Origin: Tequatrovirus BCH953P2
DNA: 64,000 bases
Sequence record: OZ035785.1
Reading direction: 5' to 3' (one strand)
Part shown: in pieces, positions 24,548 through 33,902 of the stretch
How the letters are laid out: every line of letters starts with the position of its first letter
How positions within the stretch are numbered: position 1 is the first letter of the stretch
Program-made: the position numbers and the translations under genes
Notes under the pieces: generated by a model
The model's database searches: none
The model's input: only the letters and a program-made list of their open reading frames with translations
Told to the model about the DNA's origin: nothing

Positions 24548-25642
24548 ATGGCAATTGTTAAAGAAATAACTGCTGATTTAATTAAAAAGTCCGGTGAGAA
24601 AATTTCAGCCGGGCAGAGTACTAAATCAGAAGTAGGAACTAAAACATACACAGCCCAGTTTCCAACTGGGCGTGCTAGTGGTAATGACACTACAGGGGAC
24701 TTCCAGGTAACAGATCTATATAAGAATGGATTATTATTTACTGCATACAATATGTCATCTAGGGATTCTGGAAGTCTTAGATCGATGAGATCTAACTACT
24801 CTTCTTCATCTTCGAGTATTTTAAGTACAGCTAGAAACACTATTAGTAGTACAGTATCAAAACTATCAAATGGATTAATATCAAATAATAATTCAGGAAC
24901 AATAAGTAAAGCTCCTATCGCAAACATTCTTTTACCGAGATCTAAATCTGATGTTGATACATCATCACACAGATTTAATGATGTTCAAGAAAGCCTTATC
25001 AGTAGAGGCGGAGGTACTGCTACTGGTGTGCTAAGTAATATTGCTTCAACCGCAGTATTTGGGGCGCTGGAAAGTATAACACAAGGTATAATGGCTGATA
25101 ATAATGAACAGATTTATACGACAGCCAGAAGTATGTATGGCGGTGCTGAAAATAGAACTAAAGTATTTACATGGGATTTGACTCCACGTTCAACAGAAGA
25201 TTTAATGGCTATTATTAATATCTATCAATATTTTAACTATTTTTCTTATGGTGAAACGGGTAAATCTCAATATGCTGCTGAAATAAAGGGGTATTTAGAT
25301 GATTGGTATCGTTCTACGTTAATTGAACCTTTATCTCCGGAAGACGCAGCTAAAAATAAAACACTATTTGAGAAAATGACATCGAGTTTAACTAACGTTC
25401 TAGTAGTTTCAAACCCGACAATTTGGATGGTGAAAAACTTTGGTGCAACATCTAAGTTTGATGGAAAAACGGAAATATTTGGTCCATGCCAAATACAGAG
25501 CATTAGATTTGATAAAACACCTAATGGTAACTTTAACGGATTAGCTATTGCTCCAAACCTCCCTAGTACATTTACTCTCGAGATTACTATGAGAGAAATT
25601 ATCACGTTAAACCGTGCTTCTTTATATGCGGGGACTTTTTAA
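24548..25642 (+). CDS. 48: Baseplate-tail tube junction protein gp48
   Basis: 364-aa ORF, same length as T4 gp48. Confidence 0.92.
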   Translation: MAIVKEITADLIKKSGEKISAGQSTKSEVGTKTYTAQFPTGRASGNDTTGDFQVTDLYKNGLLFTAYNMSSRDSGSLRSMRSNYSSSSSSILSTARNTISSTVSKLSNGLISNNNSGTISKAPIANILLPRSKSDVDTSSHRFNDVQESLISRGGGTATGVLSNIASTAVFGALESITQGIMADNNEQIYTTARSMYGGAENRTKVFTWDLTPRSTEDLMAIINIYQYFNYFSYGETGKSQYAAEIKGYLDDWYRSTLIEPLSPEDAAKNKTLFEKMTSSLTNVLVVSNPTIWMVKNFGATSKFDGKTEIFGPCQIQSIRFDKTPNGNFNGLAIAPNLPSTFTLEITMREIITLNRASLYAGTF

Positions 25643-26607
25643 TGTATTCTTTAGAGGAATTTAATAATCAAGCAATAAACGCAGATTTCCAACGTAATAA
25701 TATGTTTAGCTGCGTTTTTGCAACAACTCCATCAACTAAAAGCTCTTCGTTGATAAGTTCAATTAGCAACTTTTCTTATAATAACTTGGGCCTAAATTCA
25801 GATTGGTTAGGATTGACTCAAGGTGATATTAATCAGGGAATTACCACGCTAATTACTGCTGGCACACAAAAACTGATAAGAAAATCAGGGGTTAGTAAAT
25901 ATCTTATTGGTGCCATGAGTCAACGTACAGTTCAAAGTTTATTAGGCTCATTTACAGTTGGTACATATTTAATTGACTTCTTTAACATGGCATATAACTC
26001 ATCTGGATTGATGATATACTCTGTAAAAATGCCAGAGAATAGATTATCCTATGAAACTGACTGGAACTATAATTCTCCTAATATTCGTATAACTGGGAGA
26101 GAATTAGACCCTTTGGTTATTTCATTTAGAATGGATTCAGAAGCTTGTAACTATCGTGCAATGCAAGACTGGGTTAACTCCGTTCAAGACCCAGTAACTG
26201 GACTGCGTGCTTTGCCACAGGATGTCGAGGCAGATATTCAGGTTAATCTTCATTCTCGTAATGGATTGCCTCATACTGCGGTGATGTTCACTGGATGCAT
26301 TCCAATATCAGTGAGCGCTCCTGAGTTATCATATGATGGAGATAACCAAATAACTACATTTGACGTTACTTTTGCGTATAGAGTGATGCAGGCTGGAGCA
26401 GTTGATAGGCAAGCTGCGCTTGAATGGCTTGAATCTGCTGCTATAAATGGTATTCAAAGCGTTCTCGGAAATAGTGGAGGTGTTACTGGACTATCTAATT
26501 CGCTTTCACGACTCAGTAGATTAGGGGGAACTGCAGGAAGCATTTCAAACATTAATACTATGACAGGAATTGTCAATTCGCAAAGTAAAATATTAGGAGC
26601 AATATAA
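25642..26607 (+). CDS. 54: Baseplate-tail tube initiator gp54
   Basis: 321-aa ORF directly after gene 48 with a one-base stop/start overlap; tail-tube-like fold family. Confidence 0.92.
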   Translation: MYSLEEFNNQAINADFQRNNMFSCVFATTPSTKSSSLISSISNFSYNNLGLNSDWLGLTQGDINQGITTLITAGTQKLIRKSGVSKYLIGAMSQRTVQSLLGSFTVGTYLIDFFNMAYNSSGLMIYSVKMPENRLSYETDWNYNSPNIRITGRELDPLVISFRMDSEACNYRAMQDWVNSVQDPVTGLRALPQDVEADIQVNLHSRNGLPHTAVMFTGCIPISVSAPELSYDGDNQITTFDVTFAYRVMQAGAVDRQAALEWLESAAINGIQSVLGNSGGVTGLSNSLSRLSRLGGTAGSISNINTMTGIVNSQSKILGAI

Positions 26608-26610
26608 CAA

Positions 26611-26640
26611 TGGGGACCTTTCGGTCCCCATATTTTTATT
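26611..26640. terminator. Bidirectional terminator between convergent gene 54 and the alt.-3 position ORF
   Basis: TGGGGACC-TTTC-GGTCCCCA followed by TATTTTTATT. Confidence 0.75.
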
Positions 26641-26926
26641 TACGGAATGAAATAAAAGCAGCAACTGAAGCAACTAAACTGTCTTCAATATAAACCTCAA
26701 TTTTTACCGGAGCTTCTGACTCAAATTTACCTGTTACTACACCTTGGAAAATACTTTCAGTCTGTTCTGGCTTTGAAAAATTTTCAGAAGGAAAAATTCC
26801 GAACTTTTTATCTGTTCCAAAAATTTTGATAAATTCATCGTAAACCGCTTCATTAAAAGCATTATCAGCAGGAATAACGCCTTCAACTGCAAGTTCTTGA
26901 CCCAAAAAGCGCAAAGAAGATTTCAT
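26636..26926 (-). CDS. Hypothetical early protein (T4 alt.-3 position)
   Basis: 96-aa ORF; preceded on the minus strand by a GTTTAC...TATAGT promoter-like module and a GAGGA SD. Confidence 0.7.
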   Translation of the reverse strand: MKSSLRFLGQELAVEGVIPADNAFNEAVYDEFIKIFGTDKKFGIFPSENFSKPEQTESIFQGVVTGKFESEAPVKIEVYIEDSLVASVAAFISFRK

Positions 26927-26933
26927 TTTGTGT

Positions 26934-26987
26934 TCCTCATGTTATGTCAGTAAGACTACTATAACACAACACGAGGGACTTGTAAAC
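26934..26987 (-). promoter_or_regulatory. Early-promoter-like module plus leader (copy A), upstream of the alt.-3 position ORF
   Basis: Minus-strand GTTTAC, 18-nt spacer, TATAGT, then GAGGA SD; 54 bp identical to 42361..42414. Confidence 0.6.
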
Positions 26988-29044
26988 TACATTTTGAACT
27001 TTTTAGACATTCCGTTGATGTTAACCAAAGAAGTCAAGATTTGAGAAACTTCGTTTTCCTCTTCTTTTGATTCTTCTACAAGGAATTGATTAAATCCAGC
27101 CATTGGACGAACTTCGCCAGTTTCCATTAAATGGTCGCCGTCATATACCGATTCCTCTAATTGTTCAGAAGGAGGAACGATTGTACCTTCGATTAGATAC
27201 TTGTTATAAGCAGTTTCTTTCATAAAGTAAGTACTTACTTTATTAATCTTCAGTAAAATTCCACGTGGTAGAATAACTTCAGCTTCTGATGGAAATCCTG
27301 ATAAATGACCTGGAACGATAACTTTGATTCGCTCAGCTCCTTTAATTACCATACCCACGCTAGTTTCAGCATCTTCATTAGCATACGTAGAATGACTACC
27401 CATATGCATCAAATCTTCTGCATCAACGGAACCTTCTCCTTCACCAGAAAATACTGCGCCGGAATCATCTAGAGCCATATAGTTTTTACCATGCTCACCG
27501 AAGATATTTGGTTTAAGCGATGTAGATACGAAGTTCTTGAAATAGAACATTTTGTTTTCAATGTTATGACGCAAAGTTTTAAAGGTAACTTCTTGCCCAC
27601 GATAAAGAGTAGTTCCTGGAGGAAGAACTGAACCTTTAGCAAATGCAGAATCCAACGTCTCGATGTGTTTAATAGCTCGTTCCATATATTCTTCACGGGT
27701 AGAATCAGGTTTACCTAAAAGGAACGAGTTCATTTCAACATATGAATCTGCACAATAATCTTCAATTACATCAGACTCAGCCTGAGTTAATCCTTTTGGA
27801 GTTACTTCAGTGCTTGCGTATTCATATGCCTGAGCGGCAGATTCATTAATCAATTTATAAATGCCATTCATGACAAATTGAATAATAGCTGTCTTTTCAT
27901 CTGGTGTAGCTTTAGAACCTTTAACTAAATCATTGATAATTTTCTTAATAACATCAAAGCTATTAGAAATATTAATGTCAGCAAGATCGCTTAAAATTTT
28001 ATCAGTTTTATAATCAAAGAATTCTTTATTCTTTAAATATTCTTGAGAACCTTGATATGTTATATCGCTCTGCAACTTGATAGATGGATCACGTAAACGT
28101 GCATGGGCTAATGCAATATGATTTCGGAAACTTTCTAGTTCATAATCGTTAGATTTAAAACGAGAAGCACTTCTCATACCACCGATAGCTCCTTTGCTAA
28201 AGTTTGAACCAATCTGAATAACGCCAGAGTTCATCGGACCTTCTGCTTTATATACCGGAACTTTAGATTCAAACTCTTGATATTTCTTGGCAGCGAAGCT
28301 ATCACCCTGAAGTGAAGCATCAACAGTAGAATATTGAGCTTGTGCTGCTAATCGACGACTAATTTTAGTTTTCTGAATAACAGCTTGATCCGTGCGCTTA
28401 TCATTTTCTAAAGCAATAGAAGCAGCAACAGCGACAGCTTTAGGAACAGCATTACCTGTTTTAACGTCTACATAAACATCACCAACCTTTGATTCAACTT
28501 TTGTGAATAACTCAGTTGAAATAGGAGGTACACCTGGAATGTCTTCTAAATTGGCATTTTTACGGTAAACCATAATATATGCGTACTTTTTATCGTAATC
28601 CCAGATTTCCTTTAAAAGAACATATCGACCTGCTCCTTTAGTACGTACTAAACGGTCAGCAATAACTTGCATTTGACGAGCAGCGCCATTTGTTTTACTC
28701 TTTAGTACACGGAATAAGCACGCGTCAATTTTATACTGCTTCATTGTTTGAAGAGCAGTATCAAAAACAGCATTAATGACGCCAATTGGATTTCCACCCA
28801 AGTTTTTAAGCTTAACCAGTGATAATTTCTCGTTGACACCTATCATTACAATATGCATCATTTTATCGCCTGGCTTAACGTTTTTATTTGTATCACCGCC
28901 AGAGGTATATGTACAAAATCTAAATCCAGGAAGCACGCTTTCTTCGCCGGCTTGAATAGCAAAAATTTGAGGTATTTTATGCTTAGGATTTAAGTTAACA
29001 ACCGGCGCCGAAGCGCCGTCAAATAATTCTGTAATAAGTTCCAT
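26987..29044 (-). CDS. Alt-like ADP-ribosyltransferase paralog (full length)
   Basis: 685 aa; same N-terminus (MELITELFD) and conserved C-terminus (YDGDHLMETGEV) as the adjacent Alt; ART R-S-E signature LYRGQ / FVSTS / EAEVILPRG. Confidence 0.85.
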   Translation of the reverse strand: MELITELFDGASAPVVNLNPKHKIPQIFAIQAGEESVLPGFRFCTYTSGGDTNKNVKPGDKMMHIVMIGVNEKLSLVKLKNLGGNPIGVINAVFDTALQTMKQYKIDACLFRVLKSKTNGAARQMQVIADRLVRTKGAGRYVLLKEIWDYDKKYAYIMVYRKNANLEDIPGVPPISTELFTKVESKVGDVYVDVKTGNAVPKAVAVAASIALENDKRTDQAVIQKTKISRRLAAQAQYSTVDASLQGDSFAAKKYQEFESKVPVYKAEGPMNSGVIQIGSNFSKGAIGGMRSASRFKSNDYELESFRNHIALAHARLRDPSIKLQSDITYQGSQEYLKNKEFFDYKTDKILSDLADINISNSFDVIKKIINDLVKGSKATPDEKTAIIQFVMNGIYKLINESAAQAYEYASTEVTPKGLTQAESDVIEDYCADSYVEMNSFLLGKPDSTREEYMERAIKHIETLDSAFAKGSVLPPGTTLYRGQEVTFKTLRHNIENKMFYFKNFVSTSLKPNIFGEHGKNYMALDDSGAVFSGEGEGSVDAEDLMHMGSHSTYANEDAETSVGMVIKGAERIKVIVPGHLSGFPSEAEVILPRGILLKINKVSTYFMKETAYNKYLIEGTIVPPSEQLEESVYDGDHLMETGEVRPMAGFNQFLVEESKEEENEVSQILTSLVNINGMSKKFKM

Positions 29045-29047
29045 GAT

Positions 29048-31099
29048 TTATCCTTGAACGAACTTGTAAGGCATGTTTGCAATATCTATGCAAGACGCAA
29101 TAATTCCAAGAGATGATTCTACTTTCTGTTTAACATTTGATGAAACAAATGATGCAAAGTCAACTCTATCTTCTATATCACCTGTCATTGCAACTACTTC
29201 GCCGGTTTCCATTAAACGGTCTCCGTCATAAATTACCGATTCGGTGAGTTCTTCTGTGGTCATAACTTCAGCTTGAATAAGCTTGTTGTTAGTTTTAACT
29301 GTTCCATCATTGTAAGATGCATCGGTTATTTTATTAACTTTGACCATTAATCCACGTGGCAAAATGACTTCCATTTCATTTGAAGGCGCTAAACTTCCAC
29401 CGGGTAAAACAACATTGACCTTATCAGCCCCAGTAATAACCCATCCAATTCCAACTAAATTATCGCTAGAATTTACTAGTCCTTCATCAGTTTTATCAAT
29501 AGAAACACTTAGACGCTTTTCGTCTGGTAAAACACCTATAGATGAATCAGTCATCCAAGTACCAAAAATATTTGGATATAATGATGTTGACACAAAGTTT
29601 CTAAAATAAAAAACTCGATTTTTTACCATTGCTTCGTATATTGAAGGTAACATTCGTTGTGAACGATACAAAGTAATACCTTTTGGTAATCGTTCACCAT
29701 TTTTAAAGGCTGAATCTAAATTATCAATGGCTTGTTCTATTTCAGGTGCTGTTAAAATACTTGTACGCTCATCTGGATTATATAATCCCAAAAGAGCATT
29801 ATTCATGTCTACGTATCCTGAACCTACATATTCACGAATTCCGCGTTTTTGCGCTGGTGTGTATTTAGATGAATCTTTATTTTCGACTATAGGATGTAAT
29901 GACCATCCAGCGGTAAGAGCATATCCACGTAATTCTCTTCGAATAATCTTTGTTTTTATTGCATTCCAAGAATTTTGTACTAACTCATTTGCAGCATCTT
30001 GGTTTAAATGCGAATGTTTGTTAATATTTCTTTCAAACCAAGCACCTTTATATTTTTCTAAAGTATCATCGACGATAGAAGCAATAGTTTCTAAAGTTTT
30101 TATTGAAGTAATAGATTCTTTTCGTAATTTTTCTAAAGCTTTATTTTTTATTTCTGCATTAATAATGGATTCTTTATCTTCAGGAATTATAGAAGCTTCT
30201 CTGAATGCCATCCCAGCTGTAATACTGCTAAGAGCATTCTCTAGTGCAAATCCTGAAGTAGAAATTACCGTTAATTCATTAGAATCAGAAATTAAAGGCG
30301 CGTCCGCTGGTTTATTTAATTCTGCCGCTGAAGCCTCAAATTTTTGAAACATCGGTGTTTCAAATCTAGAAGATTCCAATGACTGACTTTGTGCAATTGC
30401 TCTACGGGAAATTTTAACTTTAACGATTACAGCTTGGTCAGAACGTTTATCGTTTTCTTGTGCAATTGATGCTGCAATTGCCTCATTTTTAGTTACTTGG
30501 GCTCCAGTATCTTTATTGATATAAACATCACCGACTTTCGATTCAACTTTAGTAAAGAGCTCGGTACTAATTTCCGGAACTCCTGGAATGTCTTCTAGTG
30601 ATACATTTTTGCGATGTATAAGAATATATGCATACTTTTTATCGTAATCCCAGAGTTCCTTAAGAAGGACGTATCTGCCACCTGAACGACTACGGATAAG
30701 TCTATCAGCAATAACTTGAATTTGTCGAGCTTGGCCAGCAGTTTTAGACTTAAGAATACGAAGCATACAAGCATCAATTTTATATTGACGCATTGTTTGC
30801 ATTGCAACAGTAAAAACTGAATTGATATAATTAATTGGGCTTGGACCAAGACCTTTCAATTTAGCAATTGAACCTTTAGCAGTTAATGTAAAAGGAACAA
30901 TATGCATCATTTTATCGCCCATTTTTAAATCGCGATTAGTATCACCTCCAGATGTATAGGTACATAAACGAAAGCCTGGCTGTTCAATTGCATCATCAAC
31001 GTGAACTGAAAAAATTTGCGGTATTTTCTTCTTTGGATTTAAGTTTGTAATCGGAAGAGTAGTATCTTCGTCAAATAATTCTGTAATAAGTTCCATCAT
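29048..31099 (-). CDS. alt: Alt ADP-ribosyltransferase (packaged internal head protein)
   Basis: 683 aa; N-terminus and overall sequence match T4 Alt as recalled; ART motifs LYRSQ / FVSTS / EMEVILPRG; late promoter on the minus strand upstream. Confidence 0.9.
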   Translation of the reverse strand: MMELITELFDEDTTLPITNLNPKKKIPQIFSVHVDDAIEQPGFRLCTYTSGGDTNRDLKMGDKMMHIVPFTLTAKGSIAKLKGLGPSPINYINSVFTVAMQTMRQYKIDACMLRILKSKTAGQARQIQVIADRLIRSRSGGRYVLLKELWDYDKKYAYILIHRKNVSLEDIPGVPEISTELFTKVESKVGDVYINKDTGAQVTKNEAIAASIAQENDKRSDQAVIVKVKISRRAIAQSQSLESSRFETPMFQKFEASAAELNKPADAPLISDSNELTVISTSGFALENALSSITAGMAFREASIIPEDKESIINAEIKNKALEKLRKESITSIKTLETIASIVDDTLEKYKGAWFERNINKHSHLNQDAANELVQNSWNAIKTKIIRRELRGYALTAGWSLHPIVENKDSSKYTPAQKRGIREYVGSGYVDMNNALLGLYNPDERTSILTAPEIEQAIDNLDSAFKNGERLPKGITLYRSQRMLPSIYEAMVKNRVFYFRNFVSTSLYPNIFGTWMTDSSIGVLPDEKRLSVSIDKTDEGLVNSSDNLVGIGWVITGADKVNVVLPGGSLAPSNEMEVILPRGLMVKVNKITDASYNDGTVKTNNKLIQAEVMTTEELTESVIYDGDRLMETGEVVAMTGDIEDRVDFASFVSSNVKQKVESSLGIIASCIDIANMPYKFVQG

Positions 31100-31119
31100 A
31101 GCCTCTCTAGTGTTTATTC

Positions 31120-31127
31120 TATTTATA
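31120..31127 (-). promoter_or_regulatory. T4-type late promoter for alt (minus strand)
   Basis: Plus-strand TATTTATA (minus-strand TATAAATA) about 20 nt upstream of the alt ATG. Confidence 0.65.
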
Positions 31128-31133
31128 AAATTA

Positions 31134-31150
31134 AAGGCCCGAAGGCCTTT
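31134..31150 (-). terminator. Hairpin after the 62-aa ORF downstream of ligase
   Basis: AAGGCC-CGAA-GGCCTT overlapping the ORF stop. Confidence 0.5.
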
Positions 31151-31337
31151 AGTAATCTAGTGGTAAGAGAGTACGATATATTTCAAACTTTGGTCCTTTT
31201 TCATAGGCATCAAATGTTTCTGTAAATTTATTATAAGCATATGCATCTACAAATTCGAGAATGACTTGTGATACAGAAGTAGAAACATCTCCACCTTCTT
31301 TTTGAGCAATGACAATTGTTTCTAAGTAAGCTTTCAT
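31149..31337 (-). CDS. Small hypothetical protein translationally coupled to DNA ligase
   Basis: 62-aa ORF whose ATG overlaps the ligase stop (ATGA); followed by a terminator hairpin. Confidence 0.6.
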   Translation of the reverse strand: MKAYLETIVIAQKEGGDVSTSVSQVILEFVDAYAYNKFTETFDAYEKGPKFEIYRTLLPLDY

Positions 31338-32797
31338 AAACCAGTTACCTCATGAAAATCGCCAAATACATCTTCGAACGTATTAGCTTTAGTTTTATCT
31401 TCACGTAAACGAATCGCAATCGGAAGAAATAATTTAACGTAATCAGTGCGGCCATCAGATTTTAACCAACCGTTGCATTCGCACTCTAGAATTTTTCCAA
31501 TATAATAATTTTGGTTTTCCATAATGCGAGTACGGTCAAGTTCATGCGATTTTACACCAGCTTTATCTTTTAAGCCTGAACCAGCATTCACCTTAATTTT
31601 TCCACACTCTGACTCAAGAATAAATCCACCCGCTTTAGTAGGGTCTTTACGGTGAGGATAAATTCCTACAATTTTTAAATCAACATCAATTACTTCTTTA
31701 AATTTATAGAGATTTTTTGAACGGGCATTTTCCCATAACCCATCAACGTTTTTGAGAATAATACCTTCAAGACCTTGGTCAATATACTTTTTATAAATTA
31801 CCTTAGCTTCATCTAGGTTATTTACTACCTGGTTTTCAATTAAAATTACTTTATCATAGCCTGATGTCATTTGTTCTAGTTTAGAAAAACGTACATCATA
31901 TTTCAAACGAAATGCAGGAAGACCGTATATTTCTACCAACGGAACATAATCCCAGACCTGAAACTTCATGCATTGAGCTTCTTTTTCAGAAATGGTTCCC
32001 TTTAAAGATTTATTAGCGATTCCATTAGAAGTAGTACGTGATTCAGCTACTTCGGCGAATTCTTTGGCTTTACTAATTTCAGGATAAGCATCAAAAAGAA
32101 AATCTAGGCCTTCTGGCTCCTTTTTAACTTGCTCATGGTATACCAATTCGCCATCAATTAACACACCTTCTGGATGAATCTGGCGGGCTTCAGCGGTCAT
32201 TTTGATTAACTCTTCCTTAAGAAGATCTAATCCTAGATATTCATTACCAGCTCGTGATAAAAGACGGACATCATCTAATTCATCACCTCTAACTTCAGCA
32301 AAACACCGAGCTCCATCTGCTTTTAATTGTGCAAAGGCTGGAAATTTGATATTCTTACTAATGCCTTTTTCATCATAAGAACTTGCGAGCATTTGAGGTT
32401 GTTCAGGAATTAAACCTGGCCAAACTTTGTTTGCAATAGATACTGAAGCACCACATTCAAGGTCTCGCATCATCACTCGACGCAAAACTTCAACATCATC
32501 TTTTTTACCGTCAGTAATATATCCAGTTAATTCCTCAATTGCCGCATTTCCAGTCAATTTCCGAGTAGCTAACGTGAATTCAATGAAGTCGAGCATATCT
32601 GTAAGAGTCAACATTCCAAAACTCTGGGTAGCAATACCAGGTTTAGGCCATTTCTTGATATAATACTGTAACCCACGAGAATAAGTCAGACGATATACTC
32701 GTTTAAGCAATTCATTATCTTTATTCTTTTCAAGAATTGCTTGCTTCTGCTTAGTTGAACCAATAGATGCTATTTCGTTCAGAATTTTAAGAATCAT
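31334..32797 (-). CDS. 30: ATP-dependent DNA ligase (gp30)
   Basis: 487 aa; adenylation motif QLKADGARC; N-terminus MILKILNEIASIGSTKQKQAILEKNKDNELLKRVY as in T4 DNA ligase. Confidence 0.96.
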   Translation of the reverse strand: MILKILNEIASIGSTKQKQAILEKNKDNELLKRVYRLTYSRGLQYYIKKWPKPGIATQSFGMLTLTDMLDFIEFTLATRKLTGNAAIEELTGYITDGKKDDVEVLRRVMMRDLECGASVSIANKVWPGLIPEQPQMLASSYDEKGISKNIKFPAFAQLKADGARCFAEVRGDELDDVRLLSRAGNEYLGLDLLKEELIKMTAEARQIHPEGVLIDGELVYHEQVKKEPEGLDFLFDAYPEISKAKEFAEVAESRTTSNGIANKSLKGTISEKEAQCMKFQVWDYVPLVEIYGLPAFRLKYDVRFSKLEQMTSGYDKVILIENQVVNNLDEAKVIYKKYIDQGLEGIILKNVDGLWENARSKNLYKFKEVIDVDLKIVGIYPHRKDPTKAGGFILESECGKIKVNAGSGLKDKAGVKSHELDRTRIMENQNYYIGKILECECNGWLKSDGRTDYVKLFLPIAIRLREDKTKANTFEDVFGDFHEVTGL

Positions 32798-33063
32798 TGT
32801 TCATCCTTTAGAGTTTGGTTTACAGCTCTATTATAAATCAATTCATCATTAAGCTCAGTCAAAGACCTGTGGTACGTGGTTCTAACTTTATTTCCTTGCA
32901 TCCAGTGCTTGATATAAATAAAACCTTGCTCTACACATTTTTTAAAAATTCGTTCGTCTTTTTGAGCTCGGAATTCTGGATTGCATCTAAAAAATTGATT
33001 TACGTGACCATAATCACGTGTAGTATTACCTTCATTTTCATAAATAGTGTGAACAACAAACAT
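32794..33063 (-). CDS. Hypothetical protein (T4 30.1 position)
   Basis: 89-aa ORF; its stop overlaps the ligase start (ATGA). Confidence 0.7.
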   Translation of the reverse strand: MFVVHTIYENEGNTTRDYGHVNQFFRCNPEFRAQKDERIFKKCVEQGFIYIKHWMQGNKVRTTYHRSLTELNDELIYNRAVNQTLKDEQ

Positions 33064-33902
33064 TAGAATGCTCCTTGGAAAATATTATCACCACAAGTAG
33101 GTCTATTATACAAATACTCTATGCCACCAGGTTTAATATAGTTCCATGTCTGAAACGGATGTGTCTGATATGGATGATATAGATGATTATAAGGATTAAA
33201 TTCAGGAGTTCTCCAGGTAGTGTTCCAAGGAAAAGAATCGTTTTTGATCATCTTCTCGATTGCATCTTTTATAGCTTTTTCACGATCAAAACTTTCTTTA
33301 TTTTCCTTCGGTGGAAAAAGCTTATTCTCTACATCATTCCATGTATAAACTCGCTGTGCAGTTTTTGGAATACTGTCACGCTCCCCTCGAGCCATCCAAT
33401 AAACAGGAACATTTAATATTTCACTCGCGTGATCGCAGTGGTGAGCGAGATCGTCAATATAACAAATTACGTTATATTTCTCTTTTGCCTTTTTGAACAA
33501 CTCTTCTTTTGAAGAATCATGACCACACATCAGTACTTCTGAGAAGGCACCAGGAAAAAGAGCATTCAAATTAAATTGACGATTCAGCAGAGCGTCAATA
33601 GAATCACCCAGTGCTGTAACAGCAACAAAATTATAATCTTCTTTTAATTTGTTAATTACACACAGAGCATCTTTATATGGAGACAAGTAACGAATAAAAT
33701 CCGAACGATTGTATTTTTCAATTAGCTTAACGCCAAGTTCTTCATCACAGTTAAAGAGTTTACCTGGAGAAATAAATTTCTCATCCTGGATCATTTTTAA
33801 AATATGTTCTAACGGAAGATTATATTTCTGAGCAAAATAAGGAAGGCCTGATTGCCAGCTTAAACATACTCCATCAATATCAGTTAAAATAGTAGGCTTC
33901 AT
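33063..33902 (-). CDS. HAD-superfamily phosphatase-like protein (T4 30.2 position)
   Basis: 279 aa; N-terminal HAD motif I (ILTDIDGV). Confidence 0.75.
   Translation of the reverse strand: MKPTILTDIDGVCLSWQSGLPYFAQKYNLPLEHILKMIQDEKFISPGKLFNCDEELGVKLIEKYNRSDFIRYLSPYKDALCVINKLKEDYNFVAVTALGDSIDALLNRQFNLNALFPGAFSEVLMCGHDSSKEELFKKAKEKYNVICYIDDLAHHCDHASEILNVPVYWMARGERDSIPKTAQRVYTWNDVENKLFPPKENKESFDREKAIKDAIEKMIKNDSFPWNTTWRTPEFNPYNHLYHPYQTHPFQTWNYIKPGGIEYLYNRPTCGDNIFQGAF

Noticed and set aside
29727-30347. 206-aa plus-strand ORF (and the 89-aa ORF at 29340..29609)
   Set aside because: Entirely antisense to the alt gene, which has clear ART motifs and T4 synteny; no SD or promoter
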